Shown here: one piece after another, positions 42,561-55,865 of the stretch
Layout of the letters: each line of letters begins with the position of its first letter
How positions within the stretch are numbered: the first letter of the stretch is position 1
NCBI RefSeq assembly: GCF_032444005.1
Contig: NC_091282.1
Span: 447,640,001 to 447,704,000, forward strand
DNA: 64,000 nt
Direction: 5' to 3'
Source: Ranitomeya imitator
Lineage: Eukaryota
Program-made: the position numbers and the translations under genes
The notes under the pieces: generated by a model
Seen by the model: only the letters and a program-made list of their open reading frames with translations
What the model was told of the DNA's origin: nothing
The model's database searches: none

Positions 42561-44133
42561 CTAGATGGTGGCCCGATTCTAACGCATCGGGTATTCTAGA
42601 ATATGTATGTCCACGTAGTATATTGCCCAGCCACGTAGTATATTGCCCAGCCACATAGTATATTACCCAGCCACATAGTATATTGCCCAGTGACGTAGTA
42701 TATTGCCCAGCCACGTAGTATATTGCCCAGCCACGTGGTATATTGCCCAGTCACGTAGTATATTGCCCAGTCACGTAGTATATTGCCCAGTCACGTAGTA
42801 TATTGCCCAGCGACGTAGTATATTGCCCAGTCACATAGTATATTGCACAGCGACGTAGTATATTGCCCAGTCACGTAGTATATTGCCCAGTTTTGTAGTA
42901 TGTTGCCCAGTTTTGTAGTATATTGCCCAGTCACGTAGTATATTGCCCAGTCCCGTAGTATGTTGCTCAGCGACGTAGTATACAGCACAGAGCCACGTAG
43001 TATATTGCCCAGTGACGTAGTATACAGCACGGAGCCAAGTAGTATATTGCCCAGCGACGTAGTATATTGCCCAGTCACGTAGTATATTGCCCAGTCACGT
43101 AGTATATTGCACAGCGACGTAGTATACAGCACAGAGCCACGTAGTATATTGCCCAGTCACGAAGTATATTGCGCAGCCACGTAGTATATTGCCCAGTGAC
43201 GTAGTATACAGCACGGAGCCACGTAGTATATTGCCCAGTGACGTAGTATACAGCCAGTGACATAGTATACAGCACAGAGCCACGTAGTATATTGCACAGC
43301 GACGTAGTATATTGCTCAGTCACGTATGTCACAGGTTAAAAAATAAACATACTCACCTAACGATGCGAGGGCCCCTTGTAGTTCTAACATACCATTCTGA
43401 TCGCTGCTCCTCAGGGTCTCGTCTCTCCGCCTCCTGGGATCCAACGGCGCTGTGCCAATGGGCGCGCGGCTGGCGCCATCTTCCGTTCCCAGGATGCTTT
43501 GCGAAATTACCCTGATGACTTAGCGGTCTCGCGAGACCGCTAGGTCTTCTGGGTGATTTTGCAAAGCATCGCTGGGAAAGGAAGATGGCGGTAGGTGCGA
43601 GCGGACAACGGAGGGTGAGTATAGCAGGTTTTTTTTTTTTTTTTTTTAACTATTTTTAACATTACTTTTTTTTACTATTGATGCCGCATAGGCAGCATCA
43701 ATAGTAAAAGGTTGGGGATATACAGGGTGAATAGCGGCGGTAACAGAGTGCGTTACCCGCGGCATAACGCAGTCCGTTACCGCTGGCATTAACCCTGTGT
43801 TAGCGGTGACCGGAGGGGGCACCGGGGACAGTGACTGCGGGGAGCATGGAGCGAGCGCCGGGGACAGTGACTGCGGGGACCATGGAGCGGGCGCCGGGGA
43901 CACTGCGGGGAGTATGGAGTGGAGCGCCGGGGACACTGACTGCGGGGAGTAGAGATAATGGAGCGGATCGCCGGGGGCACCACGGGGAGTAAGGAGCGGC
44001 CATTTTCTTCCGGACTGTGCCCGTCGCTGATTGGTCGCGGCAGCCATGACAGGCAGCTGCCGAGACCAATCAGCGAATGAATAACCGTGACAGAAGGACA
44101 GACAGACGGAAGTGACCCTTAGACAATTATATA

Positions 44134-44134
<1 letters not shown>
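42561..44134 (-). mobile_element. Non-autonomous Helitron, family B, copy 2
   Basis: Minus-strand 3' hairpin CCCGAT/ATCGGG then ccaccat CTAG|T; same internal arrays as 6126-7634; 5' end abuts (TA)n. Confidence 0.85.
43455..43620 (+). promoter_or_regulatory. Promoter/first-exon-like cassette in Helitron B (CCAAT, TCTCGCGAGA, YY1-like AAGATGGCGG, 5' splice donor)
   Basis: CCAAT 43455-59; TCTCGCGAGA 43527-36 at the apex of an about 120-bp hairpin; AAGATGGCGG 43582-91; AGG|GTGAGT 43615-20. Function untested. Confidence 0.45.

Positions 44135-44199
<65 letters not shown>
44135..44199. repeat. (TA)n microsatellite with a short TG interruption
   Basis: Directly visible. Confidence 0.95.
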
Positions 44200-44203
<4 letters not shown>

Positions 44204-44211
44204 TTATTTAA

Positions 44212-44936
<725 letters not shown>

Positions 44937-45449
44937 TAACAATTCTCTGAATTTGTTTGCACAGCTTCAAAAGCAAAGCTCATACTTGGATAAAATTGGA
45001 CATTCATTGGTCATATTTCAAAATAATACCACAGTATCTTTCTTTACAATTCAATGGTTGCTTAAAAAGTTTTAGAACAAGATTATCTCTGAAGAACTCT
45101 TAGGGGCAATAAAGCATTTGTTCTTAAATTAAAATTTGATGATGACCTAAGCCCACATGCATACAGAAGAGTAGCACGCATGGGCCTTTACTAGCATACC
45201 TTCATGAGACCTTGTATGGCAGCTCAGAGACACCATATGGTTCCGTATTATAGAGTCATAGCCACTTTGTGTGTCAATATATGGTACTTCTAAAGTAAAA
45301 TAGCCTTCAAATACGGTGTATGATAGTAGAAGTAGAGCATACTCATCATACGTAGCAGGTCATGACAGAGCCACAATAATTTTTTTTCTACTGAAAAAGT
45401 AACTTGTTTGATCTTGCATATCAGTTTTTTTAATTCACAATATTTTTAA

Positions 45450-45596
<147 letters not shown>

Positions 45597-46595
45597 TGAA
45601 TACAGATAAAGTCTGCCTGATCCCTGTCCTCAGCAGATAGGGATTGGGAAACCTGAGTGCGAGGTTATATCACAAAATAATAACAAAAAATATAAGACAC
45701 TTCACTGCACTACATTGATACATGAAACTTTAGTGAGGCTTCCCTGTATAATGTGGATTTTTATTTCCTTCAACTGGAAAAAAATTCTTCTAGAATAGAC
45801 CTGTGCAAACGATGGACAGTAGGCCACATCTGGCCCTTCGGTTGTTCTTGTTTGGTTGCGGACTGAAACAGCCAAAGTGTTGGAAATCAAAGGCAACACG
45901 TCAGTGACATGCCAACAGCATTGCAGTGCGCACCTGACTATGTAGACATCACCCTTAGATGCGGGTCAGGTGCACACATGACATTTGAGAACCAATGGAA
46001 AAACAGGAGTGTGAGCGACAGAAGAGAGCGAGTACAGGAACAAGACAAAGAGTGGTAAAAGCAGGAAGCGAGTGTGAGATTATGATAAAAACAAAGGTAC
46101 AGACCAGGACAAGGATAAGAGACCATGGGGGACAGATCATAGCATGGATTGTTACTGGTCAAGGAACATCTGTTGTTATTATATATACTTGGAGGACCTG
46201 TCATGTGCTCAGAAAAATTCAATTAAATAATTTATAGCGTATTATGTGAAATCTCTGTTTGCAGTCCAACTGGGCGTTTCTTTGGAGTCTTCTCTGGAGC
46301 CATAATCTTTCACCTCTTCCTCCCAGTTGTTGCGGTATTTAGCAGCATCTGGAAGAGAGGGGTGAAAGTGCACGACTCCGGATAAAACTGAAGAAGCACC
46401 CTGTTGAATTGCAAAACAAAGATTTTGCATACTGGGCTCCAAAAGTAACAAATTTGAATATCTCTGCAATGAAGTGACACGGCCCAAAACAAAAAAGAGT
46501 GACAGAATCGGTGAAGCTCAGGTATTTTACCTGGCATTTAACTACATTTTTTGAGTAAGTGACAAATTCGCTTTAAGGCTGAATAATAAGTGTTA

Positions 46596-46975
46596 GGCTA
46601 TGTGCACACGTTGCAGATTATTTGCGTTTTTTTAGCGTTTTTGTGCTAAAAAACGCTATAAAGCCGCAAATAATCTGCATACATTAAGCATCCTATCATT
46701 TTTAATGAAATCCGCAACTTCTGTGCACATGATGTGCGTTTTTCCTCATGAAAAACGCATTGCGGAAAAATAATGAACCTGCTCACTAATTTTGCGTTTT
46801 TTTCAGGGTTTTCCCACTGTCTAATGCATTTGGAAATGTCCGGAAAAAAATGCGCAAAAAACGCGTAAAAAACGCGCAAAAAAACTGCATGCGGATTTCA
46901 TGCGGAAATCTGGCAGAAATGTCCGGATTTTCACAGGAATTTTCTGCATGAATTCCTGAACGTGTGCACATAGCC
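46596..46975. mobile_element. PIF/Harbinger-type MITE
   Basis: TTA|ggctatgtgcacacgtt...aacgtgtgcacatagcc|TTA. Confidence 0.9.
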
Positions 46976-47589
46976 TTATACGGTAATATACAGGTTTTTA
47001 TAAAGTTTGTAAAATGCAGTAAATTATTTGGTTTTGATTACCCCCTACTGGTAAGAAATGTTACAATAAAACTCTATTATAACATGTATTATTAGTATCT
47101 TACAGTAAAGCTCTATTATAACATGTATTATCAGTATCAGTGAGTCAAATACAGTTTGGCAGAGTCTGAGCTGTGATTTGCAACAACTGGGAGGAAGAGG
47201 TGAAAGATTCTACTCAATATTGGACTATAAAATTAATATTACTATTATTAGGTCAATATTAAATGTGTTATTACTGTTAGTAGAAGTAGTAGTACGCAAA
47301 ATTAAGTTCAGCATATTGGTCTGGCCCTCCACGATATGTGGCCCATTGAGAAAATTAATTGCTCATCTTTTATAGACTATTCTTGGACAATTTTGCGGTC
47401 TTTTGTCTTCCTTTAGCTACAAGCACTTGTGCAATTGAATCCACTTGTGCAAACCTTAGTTATTCTAAATCTAAGAGAGAAAGTGGTACCTAGTGTGAAA
47501 CTATTTCATATCCTAATTCCACCAAGGTTTATTCAGTATACTCACAAAGCTGAAATCCAAATACAGCATAAAACCTTAAAAATAATGGC

Positions 47590-49831
47590 TCACCTGTCTT
47601 TCACTAGGGGGACTTGTCAGGGAGTCACAAAAACACTGAACTTTAGGAAGGCAAAGTTTGACCAGCTTAGAGATGCCCTTAATCTGGTAGACTGGGACAA
47701 TATCCTCAGAAATAAGAATACAGATATTAAATGGAAAATGTTTAAGAACATCCTAAATAGGCACTGTAAGCGGTTTATACCTTGTGGGAATAAAAGGACT
47801 AGAAATAGGAAAAACCCAATGTGGCTAAACAAAGAAGTAAGACAGGCAATTAACAGTAAAAAGAAAGCATTTGCACTACTAAAGCAGGATGGCACCATTG
47901 AAGCTCTAAAAAACTATAGGGAGAAAAATACTTTATCTAAAAAACTAATTAAAGCTGCCAAAAAGGAAACAGAGAAGCACATTGCTAAGGAGAGTAAAAC
48001 TAATCCCAAACTGTTCTTCAACTATATCAATAGTAAAAGAATAAAAACTGAAAATGTAGGCCCCTTAAAAAATTGTGAGGAAAGAATGGTTGTAGATGAC
48101 GAGGAAAAAGCTAACATATTAAACACCTTCTTCTCCACGGTATTCACGGTGGAAAATGAAATGCTAGGTGAAATCCCAAGAAACAATGAAAACCCTATAT
48201 TAAGGGTCACCAATCTAACCCAAGAAGAGGTGCGAAACCGGCTAAATAAGATCAAAATAGATAAATCTCCCGGTCCGGATGGCATACACCCACAAGTACT
48301 AAGAGAACTAAGTAATGTAATAGATAAACCATTATTTCTTATTTTTAGGGACTCTATAGCGACGGGGTCTGTTCCACAGGACTGGCGCATAGCAAATGTG
48401 GTGCCAATATTCAAAAAATGCTCTAAAAGTGAACCTGGAAATTATAGGCCAGTAAGTCTAACCTCTATTGTTGGTAAAATATTTGAAGGGTTTCTGAGGG
48501 ATGTTATTCTGGATTATCTCAATGAGAATAACTGTTTCAGCATGGGTTTATGAGAAATCGCTCCTGTCAAACCAATCTAATTAGTTTTTATGAAGAGGTA
48601 AGCTATAGGCTGGACAACGGTGAGTCATTGGACGTGGAATATCTCGATTTTTCCAAAGCGTTTGATACCGTGCCGCACAAGAGGTTGGTACACAAAACTA
48701 GAATGCTTGGTCTGGGGGAAAATGTGTGTAAATGGGTTAGTAACTGGCTTAGTGATAGAAAGCAGAGGGTGGTTATAAATGGTATAGTCTCTAACTGGGT
48801 TGCTGTGACCAGTGGGGTACCGCAGGGGTCGGTATTGGGACCTATTCTCTTCAACATATTCATTAATGATCTGGTAGAAGGTTTACACAGTAAAATATCG
48901 ATATTTGCAGATGATACAAAACTATGTAAAGCAGTTAATACAAGAGAAGATAGTATTCTGCTACAGATGGATCTGGATAGGTTGGAAACTTGGGCTGAAA
49001 GGTGGCAGATGAGGTTTAACAATGATAAATGTAAGGCTATACACATGGGAAGAAGGAATCAATATCACCATTACACACTGAACGGGAAACCACTGGGTAA
49101 ATCTGACAGGGAGAAGGACTTGGGGATCCTAGTTAATGATAAACTTACCTGGAGCAGCCAGTGCCAGGCAGCAGCTGCCAAGGCAAACAGGATCATGGGG
49201 TGCATTAAAAGAGGTCTGGATACACATGATGAGAGCATTATACTGCCTCTGTACAAATCCCTAGTTAGACCGCACATGGAGTACTGTGTCCAGTTTTGGG
49301 CACCGATGCTCAGGAAGGATATAATGGAACTAGAGAGAGTACAAAGGAGGGCAACAAAATTAATAAAGGGGATGGGAGAACTACAATACCTAGATAGATT
49401 AGCGAAATTAGGATTATTTAGTCTAGAAAAAAGACGACTGAGGGGCGATCTAATAACCATGTATAAGTATATAAGGGGACAATACAAATATCTCGCTGAG
49501 GATTTGTTTATACCAAGGAAGGTGACGGGCACAAAGGGGCATTCTTTGCGTCTGGAGGAGAGAAGGTTTTTCCACCAACATAGAAGAGGATTCTTTACTG
49601 TTAGGGCAGTGAGAATCTGGAATTGCTTGCCTGAGGAGGTGGTGATGGCGAACTCAGTCGAGGGGTTCAAGAGAGGCCTGGATGTCTTCCTGGAGCAGAA
49701 TAATATTGTATCATACAATTATTAGGTTCTGTAAAAAGACGTAAATCTGGGGATTTATTATGATGGAATATAGGCTGAACTGGATGGACAAATGTCTTTT
49801 TTCGGCCTTACTAACTATGTTACTATGTTAC
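47590..49831 (+). mobile_element. 5'-truncated CR1 LINE (copy A), RT domain
   Basis: SPGPDGIHP, YRPVSL, GVPQGSVLGP, FADD motifs; a 10-bp deletion near 48537 shifts the frame; stop at 49725; (CTATGTTA)n tail. Confidence 0.95.
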
Positions 49832-50845
49832 CTTGCACAAACCTAACCCTGGGATTCGCATTCACAGCTTCTTCTTGAGTATAAGATGCCTGACCTTATT
49901 TACGTTAACATAAACTACTAGCAGATAGGTGCAACTGGCCCAGATGGCTACCAAAACTTTTGGAGGTAGTCATTGTTTCCAAAGGTTGTGCAGCCAAGTA
50001 TTCAAGGGTGGTTTTAACGTGTCTGTGTTATGTAATATGATTATTTTTTCATCTCTTTAAAAAAATAAATAAATAAATGTGACTGAATGTATGATGAGAG
50101 GTCAACTTATAGATGAATGTATTTGGGCTATTAAATAAATGTATGGGCTATTCAATGCTATTAAAACGGTGCCACAACTGGATTTCCATAGTTATAGATG
50201 ATGCAAAGAAGATAATTGATACATGAAAGTGGTATAATATAGATAGAGGAGTTTGGACAAGATATGGTGGCAAATTGATTGGTATGTGGATAAACTAGAA
50301 TGTGCATCACCGTTGCATATTATGTGGTAAATGAATTTACTAAATCGGCATAGTTCCAATCTTTTGCAAGCCAATAAACACTGATAGGGTAAACTTAAAA
50401 AATGTAAATTGCCTGTATTGATACTTTCCACAAATATGCTCAAAATATACACAATGGAAGCCCGTTGATGTACTCTCATTCATATGGAAGGACTTGGCCC
50501 CTGTAAAATCAAAATCATACTTGTAGTGTAGATTTTAGTAACTTATTTTTATATAGAAACAATTTTATTATACTTTTTCAAGGCACTGTATCTGATAAAA
50601 AATATATGCACTCTACTTTTCCACAATGCACTCACAAACTAACAAATGTTTTTATTAGTATTTTATGTGATATATCAACACAAGCAGTAGCAAGTATTTG
50701 TGAAGTGTAAAGGAAATTATACATGGCTTATTAAATATTTAAAAAATATAAATCTGAAAATTGTGGTGTGCATTTGTATTAAGTCCCCGTGAGTCCTTAC
50801 TTTGTAGGACCACCTTCACTTCAATTACTGCGCAAGGCTTTTGAG

Positions 50846-51439
50846 TAGAGATGGGCAAACCCGAACAGTAAAGTTAGGTGTCCGAACCGAACACCTACTG
50901 CTCGGGCACGGATGTCGAACATGGACTTCGCCAGGCAGTCCCTGTTACTGTTTGGGTTCAGCCTCCCGAACACCGGGTGCTTGTCACGCAGTCATGTGCA
51001 TGACAGCGTGGCAAACATCGCTTAGGATTGGCGCTAAAATCATCATCACCGGTCAGACAGCCACTGTTCCCACCCTGTCAAATGACGGAATGAGCCCACA
51101 GCTATGATCGGAGGTATAAAGTTTACAGTGTGAGCAGGCGGCAGCTGATGGGAGTATGAATATGCGCTCCACGCCTATGGGAGTGGAGTCGCGTCCATAT
51201 TTATTACTTTAATGAGCGGTACCACGTGACCGCTGAACACAGAGCTACCGGCGCCGAGACCATCTAAGAAGCAGGGACGTGCAGAGACCACGCCGGAAGG
51301 GTGAGTGTTGTGTGACAGCCACCACTCCTGTTGCTCCCCTGCTGACCCCCTGGGACAATGACTCCAGTATAAGCCGAGAGGGACACTTTCAGCCTAAAAA
51401 ATGGGCTGAAAATCTCGGCTTATACTCGCGTATATACGG
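50846..51439. mobile_element. Adjacent MITE fragments (tagagatgg-type left end; Tc2-like right end)
   Basis: tagagatgggcaaacccgaac at 50846; ...cggcttatactcgcgtatatacgg|ta at 51439. Confidence 0.55.
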
Positions 51440-52896
51440 TAATTTAACCCCTTACTGCCATTGGACGTACTATTCCGTCCATGTGGGGTGGGCCTTACTT
51501 CCCAAGGACGGAATAGTACGTCCAGAGCGATCAGCCGCGCTCACGGGGGGGAAGGGCGGCCGATCGTGGCTGGGTGTCAGCTGACTATCGCAGCTGACAT
51601 CTGGCACTATGTGCCAGGAACGGTCACGGACCGCCCCCGGCACATTAACCCCGGCACACTGCGATCAAACATGATCGCAGTGTTCCGGCGGTATAGGGAA
51701 GCATCGCGCAGGGAGGGGGCTCCCTGCATGCTTCCCTGAGACCCTCGGAGCAACACGATGTGATCGCGTTGCTGCGAGGGTTTCTTACCTCCTCCTCCCT
51801 GCACGCCCGGATCCAAAATGGACGCGGGGCTGCATCCGGGTCCTGCAGGGAGGTGGCTTACCAGCGCCTGCTCAGAGCAAACGCTGGTAAGCGTCCCTGC
51901 TGTGCCTGTGTGATCGCTGATCTGACACCGTGCACAGCAAAGGGTCAGATCAGTGATCTGTCAATAAAATGTGATGCCCCTCCCCCAGGGCAAAGTAAAA
52001 AAGTAAAAAAAAAAAAAATGTTTACATGTGTGAAAAAAATAATAATTCCTAAATAAATACGGTAATTCAAAATATATATATATTGTTCCAATAAATATAT
52101 TCCTTTATCTGAATAAAAAAACAATAAAAGTACACATATTTAGTATCGCCGCGTCTGTAACGACCCGACCTATAAAACTGTTCCACTAGTTAAACCCTTC
52201 AGTGAACACCGTAAAAAAAAAGGCAAAAAACAACGCTTTATTATCATACCGCCGAACAAGAAGTGGAATAACAAGCGATCACAAAGACGGATATAAATAA
52301 ACATGGTACCGCTGAAAACGTCATCTTGTCCCGCAATAAACGAGCTGCCATACAGCATCATCAGCGAAACAATAAAAAAGTTATAGTCCTCAGAATAAAG
52401 TGATGCCAAAATAATTATTTTTCTATAAAATAGTTTTTATCGTATAAAAGTGCCAAAACATAAAAATAATATAAATGAGGTATCACTGTAATCGTACTGA
52501 CCCGAAGAATAAAACTGCTTTATCCGTTCTACAAAACGCAGAACGGTATAAATTCATGAATGGCTGTTTTTTGGTCATTCTGCTTCACAAAAATCGGAAT
52601 ACAAGGCGATCAAAAAATGTCACGTGCCCGAAAATGTTACCAATAAAAACGTCAACTCGTCCCGAAAAAACAAGACTTCACATGACTCTGTGGACCAAAA
52701 TATGGAAAGATTATAGCTCTCAAAATGTGGTAACGCAAAAAATATTTTTTTAAATAAAAAGCGTCTTTTAGTGTGTGACGGCTGCCAGTCATAAAAATCC
52801 GATAAAAAACCTGCTATAAATAATAAATCAAACCCCACTTCATCACCCCTTTAGTTTGGGGAAAATTAAAAAAATGTATTTATTTCCATTTTAATG

Positions 52897-53062
52897 TTAG
52901 GGTTAGGGTTTGGGCTACAGTTAGTGTTGGGGCTAAAGTTAGGGTTTGGATTACATTTACGGTTGGGAATAGGGTTGGGATTAGGGTTAGGGGTGTGTCA
53001 GGGTTAGGGGTGTGGTTAGGGTTACCGTTGAGATTAAGGTTAGGGGTGTGTTTGGATTAGGG
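52897..53062. repeat. Degenerate (TTAGGG)n array inside P3
   Basis: ttagggttagggtttggg...gggattagggttaggggtgtg. Confidence 0.88.
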
Positions 53063-53795
53063 TTTCAGTTATAATTCGGGGGTTTCCACTGTTTAGGCAC
53101 ATCAGGGGCTCTCCAAACGCGACATGGCGTCCGATCTCAATTTCAGCCAATTCTGCGTTGAAAAAGTAAAACAGTGCTCCTTCCCTTCCGAGCTCTCCCG
53201 TGCGCCCAAACAGGGGTTTACCCCAACATATGGGGTATCCGCATACTCAGGACACATTGGACAACAATTTTTGGGGTCAAATTTCTCCTGTTACTCTCGG
53301 GAAAATACCAAACTGGGGGCTAAAAAATAATTTTTGTGGAAAAAAAAAGATTTTTTATTTTCACGGCTCTGCGTTATAAACTGTAGTGAAACACTTGGGG
53401 GTTCAAAGTTCTCACAACACATCTAGAAAAGTTCCTTGGGGGGGTCTAGTTTCCAATATGGGGTCACTTGTGGGGGGTTTCTTCTGTTTAGGTACATGAG
53501 GGGCTCTGCAAATGCAACGTGACGCCTGCAGACCAATCCATCTATCTATGTCTGCATTCTAAATAGCGCTCCTTCCCTTCCGAGCTCTGCCATGCACCCA
53601 AACGGTGGTTCCCCCCCACATACTGGGTATCAGCGTACTCAGGAGAAATTGGACAACTTTTGGCGTTCAATTTCAACTGTTACCCTTGAAAAATACAAAA
53701 CTGGGGGCAAAAATATAATTTTTGTGGAAAAAAAAAAGGATTTTTTATTTTCACGGCTCTGCGTTATAAACTGTAGTGAAACACTTGGGGGTTCA

Positions 53796-54152
53796 GTGTA
53801 TGTGCACATGTTCAGGTTTTTTCGCGTTGTTTTTGCGTTTTTTCGTGATAAAAACGCTATAAAAACTCATTAAAAACGCATGAATTATGCATCCTATCAT
53901 TTAGAATGCATTCTGCAATTTTTGTGCACATGATGCGTTTTTTTCCGCGGAAAAAACGCATCGCGGTAAAAAAAAGCAGCATGTTTATTAATTTTGTGTT
54001 TTTTTCGCGTTTTTCCCTCTATTATGTGCATTTGGAAAAAACGCACAAAAAATGCATCAAAAACGCAAAAAAAAGCATGCGGATTTCTGGCAGAAATGTC
54101 CAGTTTTTGTCAGGAAAATTTCTGCCAGAAATCCTGACATGTGCATATAGCC
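53796..54152. mobile_element. Harbinger-type MITE nested in P3
   Basis: TCA TSD on both sides; same family as 5060 and 46596; the host unit resumes tcaaagttctcac. Confidence 0.85.
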
Positions 54153-55865
54153 TCAAAGTTCTCACAACACATCTAGATAAGTTCCTTGGGGGGTCTAGTT
54201 TCGAATATGGGGTTTCTACTATTTGGGTACATCAGGGGCTCTGCAAATGCAACGTGATGCCTGCAGGCCAATCCATCTAAGTCTGCATTCCAAATGGCGC
54301 TCCCTCCCTTCTGAGCTCTGCCATGCGCCCAAACGGTGGTCCCCCTCCCCCCCACATATTGGGTATCAGCGTACTCAGGACAAATTGGACAACAACTTTT
54401 GGGGTCCAATTTCTCCTGTTACCCTTGGGAAAATACAAAACTGGGGGCTAAAAAATAATTTTTGTGGGAAAAAAATTTTTTTTTATTTTCACGGCTCTGC
54501 GTTATATACTGTAGTGAAACACTTGGGGGCTCAAAGCTCTCACAACACATATGAGTTCCTTAGGGGGTCTACTTTCCAAAATGGTGTCACTTGTGGGGTG
54601 TTTCAATGTTTAGGCACATCAGTGGCTCTCCAAACGCAACATGGCGTCCCATCTCAATTCCAGTTAATTTTGCATTGAAAAGTCAAATGGCGCTCCTTCC
54701 CTTCCGAGCTCTGCCATGTGCCCAAACAGTGGTTTACCCCCACATATGGGGTATCAGCATACTCAGGACAAATTGTACAACAACTTTTGGGGTCCAATTT
54801 CTTCTCTTACCCTTGGGAAAATAAAAAATTGGGGGCAAAAAGATCATTTTTGTGAAAAAATATGATTCTTTATTTTTACAGCTCTGCATTATAAACTTCT
54901 GTGAATCACTTAATGGGTCAAAGTGCTCACCACACATCTAGATAAGTTGCTTAGGGGGTCTACTTTCCAAAATGGTGTCACTTGTGGGGGGTTTCAATGT
55001 TTAGGCAGATCAGTGGCTCTCCAAATGCAACATGGTGTTCCATCTCAATTCTTGTAAATTTTGCATTGAAAAGTCAAACGGCACTCCTTCCCTTCCGAGC
55101 TCTCCCTTGCGCCCAAACAGTGGTTTACCCCCACATATGGGGTATCAGCGTACTCAGGACAAATTGTACAACAACTTTTGGGGTCCATTTTCTCCTTTTA
55201 CCCTTGGTAAAATAAAACAAATTGGAGCTGAAGTAAATTTTTTGTGAAAAAGAAGTTAAATGTTCATTTTTATTTAAACATTCCAAAATTCCTGTGAAAC
55301 ACCTGAAGGGTTAATAAACTTTTTGAATGTGGTTTTGAGCACCTTGAGGGGTGCAGTTTTTAGAATGGTGTCACACTTGGTTATTTTCTATTATATAGAC
55401 CACTAAAAATTACTTCAAATGAGATGTGGTCCCTAAAAAAAAATGGTTTTGTAAAAATGAGAAAATGCTGGTCAACTTTTAACCCTTATAACTCCCTAAC
55501 AAAAAAAAAATTGGTTCCAAAATTTTACTGATGTAAAGTAGACATGTGGGAAATGTTACTTATTAAGTATTTTGTGTGACATATCTCTGTGATTTAATTG
55601 CATAAAAATTCAAAGTTGGAAAATTGCTAAATTTTCAAAATGTTTGCCAAATTTCCATTTTTTTTCACAAATAAACGCAGGTAATATCAAAGAAATCTTA
55701 CCACTATCATGAAGTACAATATGTCACGAGAAAACAGTGTCAGAATCACTGGGATCCGTTGCAGCGTTCCAGAGTTATAACCTCATAAAGGGACCGTGGT
55801 CAGAATTGTAAAAATTGGCCCGGTCATTAGCGTGCAAACCACCCTTTGGGGGTAAAGGGGTTAAA

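Larger units (their letters stand above)
51448..55860 (+). mobile_element. Complete non-autonomous piggyBac-like element P3 (4.4 kb)
   Basis: TTAA|ccccttac...gtaaagggg|TTAA; telomere-like array 52897-53062; five about 390-bp internal units; no transposase ORF. Confidence 0.9.

Noticed and set aside
45900-46150. Possible solo LTR on the minus strand
   Set aside because: Only a TGYTATGATC-like start is visible; no second terminus or TSD found
47429-47590. N-terminal extension of the 374-aa ORF as a chimeric host-LINE gene
   Set aside because: Chance open frame upstream of the CR1 5' truncation point, starting at GTG, with no splice or promoter support
48022-49718. Antisense ORFs over the CR1 copies (also 59332-61438)
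   Set aside because: Shadow frames of ORF2, shared only because the two copies are nearly identical
49850-50500. Possible L1/Tx1 ORF2 remnant (also 19380-19930)
   Set aside because: Only vague resemblance; no motif identifiable with confidence without a profile search
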